A stretch of 64,000 nt of DNA from positions 94,426,001 to 94,490,000 of the forward strand of contig OX597819.1 of the NCBI GenBank assembly GCA_951406725.2. Direction: 5' to 3'. Below the pieces are notes generated by a model. That model ran no database searches. It was not told the origin of the DNA and saw only the letters and a list, made by a program, of their open reading frames with translations. The stretch comes from Octopus vulgaris. Taxonomy: Eukaryota. Of this stretch, positions 40,501-55,700 are shown one piece after another; the stretch's first letter is position 1; every line of letters starts with the position of its first letter. Both the position numbers and the translations under genes were made by a program.

Positions 40501-43500
40501 CATCAGAGCAGGATTTTCAGCTCCCTATTGTTTATTACAGTTCTTCAGAGCAGGATTTTCAGCTCCCTATTGTTTATTACAGTTCTTCAGACCATAACAA
40601 ATCAGCTGTCTATGGAAATAACTTTATGCTGATGACTTAGTCTTTATAACTGGAATAAGTCTTTATAATGTAGAATAAGATGCCGACGACCGCTCGGTTC
40701 AAAGTCTCCCTTGACCACAAGTGGCCTGAACTCTTTACATGAACACCACCCTGTACATAACTCCATGTCCTCCTACATGGCCTTGCTTTTTGCTTTTTGA
40801 GCCAAAAATTAACTAACTAACATAACTTTATAAAAGGATTCAATGTACATTGGAACGACAACTTTGAAAAGAAGCCTACATCTATATTTTATCAATAATA
40901 GTTCAATCAATAGCTTCAGTATGGATATCATGTCTACACATCTATGATGTTGTGCTGAGTTAGTTTCCCCACAAGAATATGAACTTGGTCCCAACTGTAA
41001 GTCCAAACAGTTCATATCCTTCCACTCTAAATCACATTGATGCATATATACATTTGTATATGGGAGCAGGGGTGTATGTATGGATTTACACATACACATA
41101 TATACATGTGTGTATACAAATATATGCAAATGAGTAATTTTATTATTTATATATTATTTGTTTTGTCTTTTTAATATTATACTATTAAATAGACAACTAA
41201 ATAGGAATTTTATTTCAATGGATTTGTGCTTTCAACAGAACTATAGACTTGTACTATAAGTATTTATAAATACTTTATATATAAAATAAACAGTGTCACC
41301 ACACATTCAAAACCAATCATCATGAAACAAGAAAACAATAGGAGTTACAATGGTTGTGAATTGTACAAATATACAGAGGATCTGAGCATTGAGGTAACTA
41401 GCAGCAACTTCTCAAAAAAATCAAGCAACTATGCAGTGGATCTGTATATCTAAAATTTCAGTAAAAGATTCTGTTGTGTCTGGGGAGAGTCATTTTCTTT
41501 TTGTGCCTTTTACTTTAACACACTCACTGGTAAAATTTCCATGTATTTCTTATTTTTATTTTCCTAAAATTTTCGTTGCATCTTGCAACCTTTTCAATAA
41601 TCTTAAGACTATTGAAAAGGTTGCAAGATGCAACGAAAATAAGAAATACATGGAAATTTTACCGGTGAGTGTGTTAAATTATAAGGCACAAAAAGAAAAT
41701 GACTCTCCCCAGACACAACAGAATATGCTTCAACACACGATCTCATATAAAGAATCTTGCAAACCAAATCCAAAAACGAAATATTCAGTAAAAGAGTTTA
41801 AAAAGAAAGTCAAAAAAGTTCTCTGCGGCCTATACATGCTTGCGACTAATTGATTTTCTATAGTCAAAATTGAATTAAGTCAGTAAGTTATAGAAGCGTA
41901 ACAAAGGTTTTGATATCTTAAGAAATAAATGAGCTTTTATTTGTTAGTAATTAGCTAAACTGACTCTTCTGTGACATAACTGCCTTCTTTTCCTCTCTCT
42001 TCCTCTCCCTTCCTTACTCCCTATCACTATTTGTGTATGTATATTTTGAAATGGTAGACATCAAAAGAAATAGTATAAGCAGAAAAGCACTAAAATCTCA
42101 TGGGGAAAAGATTTTCTCAAATGCACAAAAAAGATCCCTAGAAGTAGATGATAGTGTTATGTAGGTCTCCTAATTAGATCTTATGTAGCTAACTTGATTA
42201 GCTGTGAGTGTTCTGAAAGCATAGTAGCCAGTGTAAAAATAGAGAAATAAGTTATCTCTGCTGGCAACAAATGGCTTCTCTCTCACTGCAACAGACAGAT
42301 ATGATGGCTATGTATGAAGTATGATGCTGCATAGTTGCCAGATATGGGCCTTGAACACAGGATTTGTGAAAACTAAAAGGAAAAGAAGTGAACATCATGC
42401 TTTGGTAGATGTGTTATATTAGTGTACATGCACATCAGAGTTCAAATAAGCTGAGAGGAGAGAAAAACTGGATATAAGAGGATTTAGTAAGAGAGAAGAT
42501 TGCATTGATACAGATATGTGATGCACATGGAGTATGTCATTTGTATAAAGAGGTGATAAGTGCTCAAAGTAGAAGGATCGTGTGGAAGAAACCATGATGA
42601 AGTGAGGTCTAATCTGAAGATGTTGCACATTATGAAGGAGATGACAAATGATTATGGCGATTAGCAACATGTGCTGAAGAAGGCCTGATCACATTTGTAA
42701 GCATGTCAAAACATATTAAAATAGAGGGTTAGTGATGGAGTTTGGGACATGTAATATATATCTGCAGATGGGTCCTCCTCATATTTTGAAACTGCTAAGT
42801 CACCATCTGCTACTTCACCTGCCTATTCAATACACTTTCATCTCTCTTTTATTCATTATACCATGCCGTCCATATAATGGGGAGTAACATTAGATTTGCC
42901 TGTACTTCATCCCTCATTTATATCACTCGCTCTCCCCCTGCCATCATGATTCTTCAGTAATAAAATATTTACCCTCCTGTCCATGTAACCACCACATGCT
43001 CTTCCCCAGATCACATGTTATTACATCCATCACTCTTACCACTGATCATTTCTATGACCATTCATTACTGCTTTCTCTTACCAGCAAACATGTAGCTGCC
43101 AATAGTGACTCTCTCCCATTGCACTCTACCATTACTGTTTCTTTCTTTCTCTCATTACTATTTGTCTACAGTTACTCCTCCAAGCACTATCTCTCTCATT
43201 TCTCCATTCTCTTCCCCACTGTCATTCCAAAGATTCTGGTCCCCCACCCCATTATATTCTTACTTCTTTCTCATTCTCCCTAGTTTATTTTCAATTACTG
43301 CACCTCTTCTGTTCACTAATTTGGTCATGTTACCCTGAACAAAGAGCTAATATAGAGTAGTGAGAAAGTTTGTCGTGCTGGGTACATCGCAACCCCAAAA
43401 GTACTGGTGCCACAATACAATACATGCAGTGCACTTCAGGACCAGATTTAAACAATGGGGTGGATTGGAGGAGGGGGGGGGCACTTCAAATTTGGAGTCC

Positions 43501-46500
43501 CCTCATTCACAAGAATTTAAATCTCAGAACCTTAAATTCAATTGCATGTAGTTGAATTGAGCAAGTTAGAGAAAGTTTAATTAAATGACTGAAAATGTTG
43601 CTTTATAGCTAAATTTTTTCAAAATTCTAATTTCATTTTACACACATCCACTTGTGGTGTTTGACTATTCCTTCAGTGTGAAAAGTAGAATAAAGGGGAC
43701 ATGATTTTTTTTATATTGCAAAAAGATAAAAGTATCATTTTAGTGGTTGTTGCTGTTCCAAAATCTGCAATAAGAGTGTGAGGAGGGGGAACAAACATTT
43801 AAAAGACATGGCCTTTTCAAAATTCTTGTTTAAAAAAGGCTTCCCTTTATTGTTTTGCAATGCAGGAGAGAGAAAAAAAAGGGAAATTCCCGACAAAAAC
43901 AGGAAAATTCCAACTTATATGGGACAGCTATTCTGAAAGTCCACTTTTCCAGTAGTAAATGTGGGATGGGGCACAATGAGTAATATTTGCTTCAAGTTTT
44001 GGTTTTTTAAAAAAATATTTTTTACAAACATTCACTACTTTACAAAAACTAATTAGCTAAGCAAATGACCTCTAAATGCATTAAAAACGCTGTAACATAT
44101 TCAGAACACTATTTCAGAAAATTATCTTCATTCTCTTTGAGCATATAAAAACCAAATTTAGACGGGGCAAAAAGATTAAGACAAAGTAAGGCAAATTTGT
44201 CTCTTCGATTCTTTAGAATTGCATTTGAGAAAAGACTCATACACATCAATATCCATCCTTAGCCATCAGAAAGATTAGAAAATCAACAAAAATTTATATC
44301 TAGGTAAATGAAAGATCATGGGAAAATGGCATATGACATGAAATTAATGAAATTCAACTAAATCTGAAAACTAAACATAGAATATTCTCTATAGTTTCTT
44401 TATGATCTGCTGAAGTGGCTGTCTAACTGATATATTTATGCACCAAGCAGTTAGAAAAAAATTTTGAAATTAGTCATTACTCATTTTGCCCCAATTTAGA
44501 TTTCTCTTTTTTCCTTTTTTGATTATTGAAAATTATCGAATTAGACATTAATGTGGGGGAAAAAATTGACTTGGAATCCAACAGAGAAAAGAATATTGAT
44601 TGTTAAGCAAAAATTATCCAGATATTTCCATAGCACCCTCAATTACAATCAGGTGAAAATTGAGGGAAAATTTCTTGATAAAAAAAAGTACCTGCCATCT
44701 GACTATGTTCCAAACTTTCTCAACTTCAACAACACACATGCTGACCAATTTGCAATATAATAGATTCCAATAAATGGAAAGAAAATAACTAGAAATTGGA
44801 ATTTACTCATTTTGCCCCACTCTCCCTTTAGTAAATTGAAGTGTTTGACAACATGTAGAAAAATAAAAAGAAAAGAAAAAGGTTCAATTTAATGAAAAAC
44901 ATTTGAACATCTATGCAATAATTCTAAAGATAAAAAATATGCTTTTAGCTGTTGAGAGATGTAATTTTATAATTTAAACTAAATTCAAAATTTAAATTTT
45001 GGAATATATTCCTTACTTGTAAAATAAGACCAAAGTTTTCAGTGCATCACTGAAATAATGGAATTTACAAGTGGCAATATGTATGTGTGTGTGTGTCTTT
45101 AATTGTAAGTGATCAAACCAAGGTCATTGCTCAGTCATGTGTTGAAAAAAAGGAATTTAAACTAGAGACAATAACATCTTTCTATCAGTCTCTTTATCTC
45201 TATCTTTATATGCATTCATACTAACCATACTAACACACACATATACACACATTTGTTGTTCTCCTTTTCTGTTGTCCCAAAAGCAGCTACAATTTCCAAG
45301 GGAATTGTAGCAGCTTTTGGGACTGAGTAGCAAACTGATTTTTAATTGAATTAGCATTGGTAATATGGAGAAATGTATGGTTATTTATCATTAAAGAGAA
45401 TCCATTACATTTTTTAAGACCTCAAGATTATGTTTGTATATTGAAACCAAGCCTCTTCATGCAAAACTGCTGGGTGGTAGGGCATCTCTATATTGAGTGT
45501 TCCGTTACTACTCATAGAAGGGTCCCTCAATGTCAAGGGTGACCTGTGGCAATTGCTTTTTTTGCTCCCCTATAAATCCAGTCTTGGTGCACTCTGAAAA
45601 GTGGTTGGCAAACAAGAAGTAGGAGACGTTGTAGAGTTGATATGTCAAGGACACACAACCTTTCTACTCTTGTACCATGATGACATATAGCCAATACACA
45701 CTGTAAAGTGATTAATGTTAGGAATGCATCTAGCCACAGAAACTACACCAAAAATTTTTTCCTTTTTTGTGCGTGACATTTTCCCTTTTTCTAATAGACA
45801 CATCATTATCTACTTTTTCCACAAGCACACTGTCCTTATACTTTTCTCCTGCTCTCTCTTTATTCTTATATGTGTGTGTATGTGTTTGTTGTCTCTCACA
45901 AGTGTAACATTCTTACAGCATAGCATAAACAATCAACAAAAAGAAAGTGATATGTGACCTGGCCTTTTAGATATAGAGATGGTACTGAATTGTCTTGTTT
46001 ACCATTTTGTTCTTTTCTTTTTCCAGGATTACCAATTATCATGGAACACTACAAACCCAGACCTGACTCCATGTTTTCAGAAGACTGTATGTCAGATGAC
46101 ACCTTGTGCTTTTCTATGGTTATTACTCCCATTTAGATGTCTTGATATTTACTGGAATAAGAAAAAAAAGATATCTATGTCAAAGATCTTCATTTTGAAA
46201 CTGGTAAATTTTCTCTATTATTCAGTTATTTCTATGTTTATTTCTAATTTATCTTAACTCTTACAATATTAAAAAATTTTTAGTAAATAATTGGAAGTAC
46301 CATACATCTGAGTTACATTAAGACGCAAGCATAGCTTCATGGTTAAAGGTTTTGCTTTAAAACAGTAAGGTTCTGAGTTCAATCCCACTGCATGGTACCT
46401 TGGGCAAGTGTCTTATACTACAGCCTTTGCTTGACTGGTATCTTGTGAATTGAATTTGACTGAGAGAAACTGAGTAAATAGTTTGACAATTAGGGATCAA

Positions 46501-49500
46501 TAAAATATTTACCACATGAAATAAGTGTTGGGATTGATATGATCAGCAAAACCCTTGAAGGCATTGGTACCTCAGCATGTCTGAGGTCCAGTAACTGTAT
46601 CCAGTAACATGATAATATAGACACCTGCATTACAGCTACCTCAGGTTTCATGCTTACAGCATTTGCAAAATATGATTAGTAATCATAGGAAACAGCCTTT
46701 AATATCACCCTTATAAAAATTAGGATAAATTTTCAGAATTTAAAATCTACACTTTCTTCTTAGCCGCAAGACTGCTTGTTGTAGTTTCAGCTAACATCAG
46801 AGTAGTTAACAATTTTAAAAACTATAATCACAGTGCATGTGTGTGCACACACATGTGCAAGTGTTTAATCTATACATCGCTATGAACACTTAGAGTGTAA
46901 AGTGAGCTTTTTTACTATGGATATTTTCAGGTGTTTGTGTTTATTTTATTGCAATGAGTATCTATCTATCTCTTTATCTTTCAGTCTATTTCCCTATAGA
47001 TCTGTGTTTATGAGTGTGTGTGTGTGTGTGTGTGTTGCTTGAGAAGACCTGTTGAGGCATGTGAAATCGAAATCAAATTCAATGACTAGCATCCGTGCTA
47101 GTGGAGTGCTAAGAGCACCATCCGAGCATGATCGTTGCCAGAGCAGCTAACTGGTTTCCATGCCGGTGGCAGCACATAAAAAGCACCATTTAAGCATGAT
47201 CGTTACCAGTTACAGTTCTGTCCTGGTGCTTTTTTTTTTTACTACATACTTGTTGTGGATGTATGTTGATTGCTGCTACTGTTGGATTTACCTACTATTC
47301 AAGATGCCTGGAAAGATGCTATCAAGTGGAACTGAAAGCAGTAATGTGAAATGAAACGATAAAAAGGTTACATTGACTATTAAACCTGAAATTTTAAAAA
47401 AGCTTTTTATGAAAAAAATAATAATAAATTACATTGACAAAACATTAAAGCTTACAACATCTACAGTGGGAACTGTGTGTGACAAGAGACAGAATTAAGT
47501 CAAGTCCTCAAGAACTCGCTCCATTAACTGCTCAGACCTTATTTTTTCATAGAGCTGATGTACTGCTTAACATGAGACAATTTTTAGGTGTGTGGATCAT
47601 ACTTTTCATCCCCTAGATTTTTGATTTAAAAAAAAAATTCAACTTTAGATAATGCATTGTCACTGTTAATAACCTGAGAAAATAACTACATAGGTCTGTC
47701 TAATGAATAAAAATAAGTTCCTTGAAGTTCCAGTTAGGAAACAATTTGTCATTTAGCACTTGATCAGCTATGATTGAGCAGACCAATGATCAAAAATACT
47801 AGTTATGGCCATCTCATCTTTGTTTCAAACATAGCTATAACTACACTATTATCCAGTATATTCTTTCATTTTTTTAAGACTGCAGAATGGGATTTGGTGG
47901 TTATTTCTAGCAGGTTAAATAACCATGCAGAGGCTCTTGTCAATCACGTATGTGTGTGTGTACGAGCAAAACGCCCCCTGTCCAATGGACGGTGCTAAGT
48001 TGTCAAACATTTAAACCAAATTTTCTCAAAACAACTTGTCCGACCGTCCCATAGGCCTCCCCTTTGAGAAACACTGATTTAACCTAAATTTGAGACACCA
48101 GCAAAAGAAGAAATAAAGATAGACTTTTTTTCTATTCCAAAGAAAAACGATTTTATTCACACAAATATGCAACCAAAGAGTTTAAAGTACCAGTAATGAT
48201 AAGGCTGTTGACTGGGAGAACTCAAACATGGTTTAAACAGTAAGCTTGGCAGGAAATAAATGTGCCTTTCAGCAGTACAAAAACAACAAAAAATGAAAGG
48301 TGCAGTTATGTACAGGTTGATGGAAGAAAAGCAGGACAAAAACGGCTTTATCGATCACATTCTCTCCTGGAATTGATTTTTGTAATTTTTTCAAGACTTA
48401 TACATGCCCTGATACCGTTGGTATCTACGTATCAAATTTGAGCGCAATTGGATGGAGGATGCCCGTGATCCTAGAAGACACACACAGACAGAATGGATTT
48501 TATATAAGAGATATATATATAGTATAAAGATACACCTATCATCTATTACTCTGCTTGTTTTTGTTGCTGCCTTTTGAACTAAATTAAACCTTTAAAAGAT
48601 TCATCAAATGTTTGTCATTTTCTTGATATTTAAATTTTTTCTGCTGCTTTTTTTTTTGTCTTTTAGCTTGGCCTCTTTGTACTACTGACATGTGTTGTGA
48701 TAAAGTTACTCTACAATTTGTCCAAAGCATCTCATCCAGATATTTATCCTGTGGATATTATGTCTTCTTCTGTCCTTTTCCTGACTATGGTAAGGATTTC
48801 TTTTCTTTTTTTGTAATCTAATTTTCAATTGTCATCTTCATTATTATAATCACTGTTGTTTTAATGTCCACTTTTCTTTGCTTAAATGGGTTGGATGGAG
48901 TTTATTTGAGACAGATTTTCTACAGCCTGATGGCTTCCCTGTTCCCAATCCTCTCTAATTTCCAAGCAAGATAATATTTTCCCTTGGTAAGACATGTTTC
49001 TGCAGATTATTGGAAATGAATGACACTATTCTACCTATATGACAATAACTCCCCTAAGAGGACACAAACAAACACACATACAGCAGCTTCTTTCATTGTT
49101 CATCAGCATTGTTTCTTTTTCGTAATTTTTCCTTTCATTTTATTACAATTGTTTTAGATTTAATAGACAGAATCCTTTTATTTTTGTTGGCAATAGTATT
49201 GTACTTTGATTGAAATAAAGCTTAATCAATTTTTAAAAGTTGAATGCACAAGATAACAGAAAAGGGAGTAACTGAATGTAGTCTTGACTTTATCTTCAAA
49301 TTCTTGAAGCCAGTCAGCACTTCAGGTGTGTTAATCTACAAGTGAAATTTGGTCACTTGTTTGATAACCAGAATAATTCTGTCTAGCATTCTTTCACTCA
49401 CACACAAACCAGGTAACTATGTACCTCCTCTATAACAAGACCTGTTTCTGCCTCTCTGTCTCTCTTTAACCTTTCATCATCTGGCAAAATATCACCTCAT

Positions 49501-49744
49501 CCAGTGCACCCTCCCTCTCAAAGGATCTTTGTCTTGCAAGATACTTGGTGACCCTGCCAGTGCTGGTGCCACATTAAAAGCACTCAGCCCACTTTGCTGG
49601 TGCTTGGTGTTATGAAGGGCATCCAGCCATAAAAAAACCATGCCAACACAGACTCTGAAGCCTGGGGCAGTCCTCTGCCTAGCCAGCTCCTGTCAAACTG
49701 TCCAACCCATACCAGCATGGAAAGTGGACTTAAAATAATGATTA

Positions 49745-49785
<41 letters not shown>

Positions 49786-52700
49786 GTAATAAAATGAATG
49801 GTTTATCAAAATGATAGCCTCCTAAAGCAAGCAATTAAAATATGAAAATAACAAGTAAAACGTTTGTTATAGGCATCATCATTGTCATCGTCGTCGTTGT
49901 TTAACATCCGCTTTCCATGCTGGCATGGGTTGGACGGTTTGACTGAGGACTGGTGAGCCAGAAGGCTGCACCAAGCTCAATCTGATCTGTCAAAGTTTCT
50001 ACAGCTGGATACCCTTCCTAATGCCAACCACTCCGAGAGTGTAGTGGGTGCTTTTACATGCCACTGGCATGAGGGCAGTCAGACGGTTCTGGCAATGACC
50101 ACACTCGAATGTTGCTTTTCATGTGCCACCAATACATGTGCTGGTAAGGTGATGCTGGCAATGCTCACGCTTGAATGGTGCTTTTTACGTGCCACTGGCA
50201 TGGAAGCCAATCCATGGCCTTGGCATCGATCACGTTCAAATGTTGTTTTTCACATGCCACCGGCACATGTGCACATTTTCAGTGTTTATAGCACCTGAGC
50301 ATTTGCCACATACAAAAACTATCTTCCCAGTTAGCCTTCCTATGATATTGCTGCACCTCTTATGTGTCCATAGCTTACACTGGGTACTTCTTATGGAGTT
50401 TCTACCTACGCCTTTTCTACAGATCAAGCAGGGCCATCTACCTGAAGGGATTTGTGGTTTGTCTGCTTTCCTACTTATTAAGGCTTTGGTTTTAGCTGAG
50501 TTAACTCTAAGGCCCTTTGATTCTAATCCTTGCTTCCACACCTGAAACTTTTCCTCTAGTTCTGATAATGGCAGCAATTAGAGCAAGGTCATCAGCATAG
50601 AGGAGCTCCCAGGGACATCCTGTCTTGAATTCCTCTTTTATTGCCTGGAGGACTATGATGAATAAGAGGATGCTGAGGACTGATCCTGGTGGACCCCTAT
50701 CCCTACCAGGAATTCTTCACTACTCGTAGCCAACTCTCACTAACCATTCATCTATCCCTAGTTTCCTCATTGAGCACCAGATAAGGGATCGGGGGACCCT
50801 GTCAAAGGCTTTCTCCATGTCACCAGAAGCCAGGTACAGAGGTTTATCTTTGGCTAGGTATTTCTCCTGCAGCTGTCTTACCAGAAATATAGCATCAGTG
50901 GTGTTTTTCCCTGGCACAAACCCAAAAATGCATCTCATCTAGACTGACTCTCTCCCTAATTAGTTGGGTTATAACCCTTTCTATGACCTTCATTACCTGA
51001 TCCAACAACTTGATATCTCTGTAATTATTTGTATCTAAAGCATCACCTTTACATTTGTAGCAGTTGACTATGGTGCTGCTACACCGGTCATTGGGTATGA
51101 CTCCTTCATGTACCACCTGGTTAACTATATGAGTGACTAGGCTATAGCCGACATCGCCAGATATTTTGAGCATCTCTGCGGTGATTCCTGGTGGGCCGGG
51201 TTTAAATACAATTTGTACAACCATCTCAATTTTGAACAGTTCAGCAGTTTGTAACCATCAAACAGACCTTGGTAAATGGTCTTAGATACTTATATGCACA
51301 CAGACATCTGTGTGTTATAGATAAACATACACACTTATATACACAAACACATACAAACACACATTGTGTGCTATATATATATATACACACACACATATAT
51401 ACAGAGAGAGTGAGAGAGAGATGAGAAAGACAGAGTGGAGATGAAGTATCTTGATTATGGGATATAAGAAATACTGTAGTAGTTTCATGGTGGATGATCA
51501 GTAAAAGAATGCTAAATTACTAATAATGTGGGCACTGCTATAAACCACTGATGTAATTGGATCAAGGAGTAATTTCAATGATAATATAACATTGAGAACA
51601 AACTGGTCAAAATGGTAAAAACTAAATATCTCATGCTATCAAGTGTGATGCTTTATCAGTCTCCTGTTATAATCTTGCCAAGGTTGATAGAATACTTATC
51701 AATACAATATCAGAATTAAGACATCAATATGAAAAATTGGCAAAAACAAATGATTCAAATTTGTTACATTCAAAATTTAAATTTTTTTAAACTATGGAGA
51801 AGGTGAGAATTTGATCTTGTAATTGTTATAAAACATTTAACCATCTAAGTTATTGGCTTGAGTGAATTCCTTTAACTTAGAGTTTATAGTTCTACATTGG
51901 AAGATAACTAGTAGTTGTGTGCAGATGATAAATTTAATGTAGGATGTTTTTACACACCAGCCATCACATGTAGCCTAAAGTCAAATGTAGAATCTGAAAC
52001 AAACTGCTAGGCAGAATCAAAATACCTTCTAAACAGCAGTCTAGAGATTGCACCAAACTGATCTGGCACTTGTTCCTGGAATAATCTAGAGTAAAGAGTT
52101 TCCCCTGAAAGTCACAGAAATACTAGCGGCAGAGTAGAACATGAATTTATGGTACATGAGTGAGTAGTCCAATAGGTTAACCACTCAGCCATTTGAACTC
52201 TATAAATTCCAATAACTGTGAAATATTAGTTGTGAATACAGTTATGCTATGTTTCAGGAGTGCATAGTACTATTTTTCAAAAATTTTGTATAAACACACA
52301 AATCAGTGAGGGTTAAAACAAAGTGGCACACAAGAACATGAAAAGAATTCCCTGCAGGATTTTGCCTTAAAACGTTTTTGTACAGGCTTTGAATGCAAAA
52401 ATTCACCGAACCAAGTTCTATTTTTTTCATTTATGCTACATATAAAACACTACTAACAGTTTGGAAAATGGAGAAGAGATGTTAAAAAAGTTCAAATTAG
52501 AATTTAATTTCCACATACGACCATTTCAAATTGTAATATAAACATGTAAGAAAAGATATTAATTATAATAATAATTAAAATAGTTATGTATTACCATCCT
52601 CGTCAGTGTAAAAAATTAAAGGAATACATCAAAAAAGGTATAACCAAAAAAAATTAGAAGGAAAAACAAAGAGGCTATGTCGAAGAAGCTGTCCAAATAT

Positions 52701-55700
52701 TTGCAAATAAATTGTAAAAGGGGAAAAAGGAAGAAAAACAGGAACATGTTAATGAATTTTTGAGTCTGCCTGTGTAATAAACTATAACTGTTCTGGCCAA
52801 TGGATATTTATATATCTCCATGGAGCTTTGAAGTCAATAGGCTATTGACTTCAAAACTCCTTGCTACAAGATGGTATGATTTTAGTACATAAAGCTTTCT
52901 GGCCTCTTCTTGGGGCCTTGTTCTTTCCTATTTCCTCTTGCCTTCATTTATTTTATTTTATGCATTTGTATTCACTCTGATGTAGCTTCATGTACTAGAT
53001 CAAATATACTATGTAGATGATGAATATCATTTTCAAAATTCTTTTGTAAGCACCAACTAATATTGGAAGCGGAAACGGCTGTAAGAAATGTTATGGCATG
53101 TTTTGTATTAAAAAATAATCTATCAGTGTGGTCCAATTTGTTTGTTTGTTGATCAGAAGTTTTAAATAGTTTTAAATGTTTAAAGTTATTTAAGAAAGGT
53201 TATGTAAAAATGTAAACTAGCACCTAAATTATCTATTAGCATAAAGCTTTGATTCATTTAAAAAAGATTATAACCCAGTAGAGTTTTTCATGCCTTCAGT
53301 CACTCCCAGGATGGCAAAAGGGTCAGTTAGTTCAGTTTTCTCTCTACTTGCCCCAAATTTGAAACAGATAAGAAGAATATTATCATTCTCAGAAAAGAGA
53401 AACCAATGTTTAAGCTGAAAATCAAAACTGAAGCGAGCAGCAAGGAATGTCCTCATTATTTTGATTGAAAGTATTATGATAGTCTGAGTGAATGAAGAGA
53501 TGACCCAATCTGAACAAGTTTTTCTGTTTCCCATGTCTGTTAGTTTGTCAGTATAAGAAAATGTTTTCTCAGCTTTGAAGTGATATTGAAAACAAATATC
53601 ACTTTCAAGTGATAAAACAAAATCATTTAATTGTATAGTTTTACAATGATTGAAAAAAACAGCATTTGTTGCTGTTATGTTTGGTTAAATTACAGACCTT
53701 CAAATCTTAACTATCACACGTTTTGTGATTTGTTGATGAGAAGGAAAGTCTTCAAGAAAGGTTTAGGGGATAAGTCGATGTCAGTAAAGACAGAAAAACC
53801 ACATCACTGACAAAAGTTATGCACTGTTATACACATTCACTTAATTTGGTAGTCTCTCAATCAGCTTCAAGAGTTTGTGAATGTCAAATTTTCTTCCAAA
53901 CTTTAAAAAGAGCTTCAACATTTTTCGCAAAGTCAACAGCTTGAATAGCCCCTACTGGATGAAATCGTTAGAAGTTGATTTCCAAAGTTATATGTACATT
54001 TCTCATGTCTTACTACTTCCAAAACGTGCATCATAGGGGGAAAACTATTTTCATCTTCAGTCTCCCCATATATCAAAACATATATAATACGCTTTTAACA
54101 GAAACATGGGCAGGTAGAACACTCGGACCCCACCACCACCACCTCAGTAGGGTGGGGTGGACTGCATGCCTTAGTTTCCTAGTCACCCTTTACTATTGAT
54201 ACACACATACACAACAGGCTCCATTCACTTTTTCACACAACAGGCTCCACTCACTTTTTCACTTACCAACACCTCTCACAAATGTTTTGTTGATCCAGGT
54301 CTATAGCAGAAGGCGCTTGCCCAAGGTGCCACATGCTGGGACTGAATGCAGAACCATGATGTTTGGAGGCAAACTTCTTTTAAAAAAATGTTGAATTTTG
54401 TTAACTTAAATATTCATAAAATACTTCTAGTAAACTATTGTTATTTCTATTTACATCATAAGTAAATTGTTTGTTATTTGTTTCTTTTTTATTCCAGTTA
54501 TTGGTTATGATATTTCTTCACATTGAAAGAAAAGGTGGCATTGCATCATCTGGCATTCTTGTTGCTTTCTGGTTACTACTGTTAATTGGATACTCTCTGA
54601 TGATCAAATCACATGTGAAGTCAGTCATTGAAGTAAGTTATCACTATTTTTGGATCTTTATAGAAGACACTACTTGTATAATAGTGAAGTTGTGGCTGTG
54701 ATGCTGCTTCCAGGGTCACTTGGTACAGTTCTCACAGGTTGTATATTCACTGTTGATCTATGGTGAAGTAATTCACAAACAGTGAAATGTTGGAACCTGG
54801 GTGAGTTGTGTACGTAGAGATGTTGATGTTAAGATGATGGTGGCGATGAAAATGGAGGTCACTAAATGCTGTTGGACGAAGTTGATGAGTCTCAATGTGG
54901 CTGCTGTGGTGTTGTCACTGGAACTGGCTGTGTCTTGTGTGGTCAGTGGTTAGACCTTAAAAGGTCTGAAACCAAAGACATATAATGAAGAAAAAGCTGG
55001 GTTTTTATAGGGAGCAGTAGGCTCGAAAAGGGTTTGAAAAAGGTTGTTCACATGATGCTATCTAAAGTCTCTAACTGGCTATTCGCGGTAGTTGGCACCT
55101 CAGAGTAGGAGACAAATTGCACCAATACCAACCAATCAGAGTAGTGGACACAACAGGATACAAACAGCAGCCAAAGGCTAGCTGTTTCTTGTTACATTCG
55201 AATGTGCGCATATATAGAGTCTATGCTACACTTCTACCATAGCCCCAGGCTGACTTATACCTTGTGAATGAATTTAGTTGGCAGAAACTGTGGAAGTCTG
55301 TTGTGTGTGTGTGAGTGTGTTATTGAGTTTGTCCCTTAACCATTGCTTGACAACTGGTGTTGGTTTATGTTCCCATAACTGAGAAGTTTGGGAAAAGAGA
55401 CAGATAGAATAAGTACCAGACTTTAAAAAATCAGTACTGAGGTTGATTTGTTCAATTAATTCCTTCCAGGCAGTGCACCAGCATGGCCACAGTTTAACAG
55501 CAGATATAAATGAAAGATGATTTATTACAGCTTGTCTTTGTCTAATTTGATATGATTTTTATCAGAATGCTTAAAAATATGTTAAACTGAATCTGTTCTT
55601 TATGTATTTCAGGAGAATAAAGCTGAGAATGTGTTCAACAATATTATCTTCTATATTACCTATGCATTCATAGTGATAGAATTTTTACTTTCTTGCCTCT

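Noticed and set aside
40500-40650. 39-bp tandem duplication as a coding repeat
   Set aside because: It sits in a decayed RT fragment (…LYADDL) and reflects local slippage.
41431-41853. 140-aa ORF
   Set aside because: It runs through the palindrome, with no splice or homology support.
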